NCBI GenBank assembly: GCA_963667785.2
Contig: CAXXMU010000001.1
Location: 96,001-160,000 of the forward strand
DNA length: 64,000 nucleotides
Source: Alphaproteobacteria bacterium
GTDB taxonomy: Bacteria; Pseudomonadota; Alphaproteobacteria; UBA828
Reading direction: 5' to 3'
The position numbers and the translations under genes are program-made. The notes under the pieces are model-generated. The model searched no databases, was not told the origin of the DNA, and saw only the letters and a list, made by a program, of their open reading frames with translations. Every line of letters begins with the position of its first letter. Positions within the stretch are counted from its first letter, which is position 1. Shown piece after piece: positions 63,300 to 64,000 of the stretch.

Positions 63300-64000
63300 A
63301 TGAGCGACTACGAGACTTTCGATGCGGGCGACGTGGTGCTGCAGAAGGGCGCAACGCTCCGGGACGCGAAGCTCGCCTACAAGACCTACGGCACGCTCAA
63401 CGCGAAGAAGGACAACGTCATCATCCAGCCGACCTGGTACTCCGGCCACCACACCGACGTGGAATGGACCATCGGCGAGGACCAGGCCCTCGACCCCAGG
63501 GAGTACTTCATCATCGTGCCCAACATGCTGGGCAACGGCCTCTCGTCGTCGCCCAGCAACACGCCGGCGCCCTACGACAAGGCGCGCTTCCCCCAGGTGA
63601 CGGCCTACGACAACGTGCGCCTGCAGCACCGCCTCGTCACCGAGGTCTTCGGGATCGAGCGGATCAAGCTCGTGACCGGCTGGTCCATGGGCGCGCTGCA
63701 GACCTTCCACTGGGGCTGCCTCTACCCCGACATGGTGGAGCGCATCGTGCCGACCTGCGGCTCGGCCAAGTGCTCGCGCCACAACTTCGTGTTCCTGGAG
63801 GGCGTCAAGGCGGCGCTGACGGCCGACGACGCCTGGAAGGGCGGCTGGTACGACGCGCCGCCCACCAAGGGCCTGCGGGCGATGGCGCGGGTCTATGCCG
63901 GCTGGGGCTTCTCGCAGACCTTCTACCGGGTCGAGGAGGACCTGGCGCTGGGCTTCTCCTCGCTCGAGGATTTTCTCGTCGCCTTCTGGGAGGGGTTCTT
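63300..64000 (+). CDS. Alpha/beta hydrolase, homoserine O-acetyltransferase-like; runs off the window end
   Basis: MSDYETFDAGDVVLQKG..., LAYKTYG, NMLGNG, nucleophile motif GWSMG; not in the ORF track because it has no stop in the window. Confidence 0.85.
   Translation, partial: MSDYETFDAGDVVLQKGATLRDAKLAYKTYGTLNAKKDNVIIQPTWYSGHHTDVEWTIGEDQALDPREYFIIVPNMLGNGLSSSPSNTPAPYDKARFPQVTAYDNVRLQHRLVTEVFGIERIKLVTGWSMGALQTFHWGCLYPDMVERIVPTCGSAKCSRHNFVFLEGVKAALTADDAWKGGWYDAPPTKGLRAMARVYAGWGFSQTFYRVEEDLALGFSSLEDFLVAFWEGF

Overview
Very GC-rich chromosomal window whose gene content and order point to an alphaproteobacterium, probably Rhodospirillales-like (inference). It is densely coding, with about 62 CDS and one tRNA-Phe. 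Housekeeping blocks include murA-DUF2948-hisG-hisD-UPF0262-LMW phosphatase-maf-RNase G-tRNA-Phe, hemF-coaBC-dut-cysK-moeB, argD-argF and plsY-dprA-topA-rnr. These are interleaved with many catabolic enzymes: two amidases, a dihydropyrimidinase, a racemase, a PhyH dioxygenase, three RidA proteins, MtnK and a class III aminotransferase. Two sharply AT-richer islets carry candidate defence genes: a solo 525-aa P-loop ATPase (1738-3315), and a DUF262/ParB-like plus HEPN pair (24971-26572) facing an orphan DNA methyltransferase. Other notable items are a modular intergenic repeat family at three loci with 0, 3 and 2 copies of a 28-bp unit, an aconitase-superfamily pair with rewired catalytic motifs, a BrnT/HTH toxin-antitoxin module with a visible operator and apparently leaderless promoter, and the absence of infA and yacG from their usual operon. 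No CRISPR array, rRNA, integrase or transposase was seen. All family calls come from motif recognition by eye; no searches were run.
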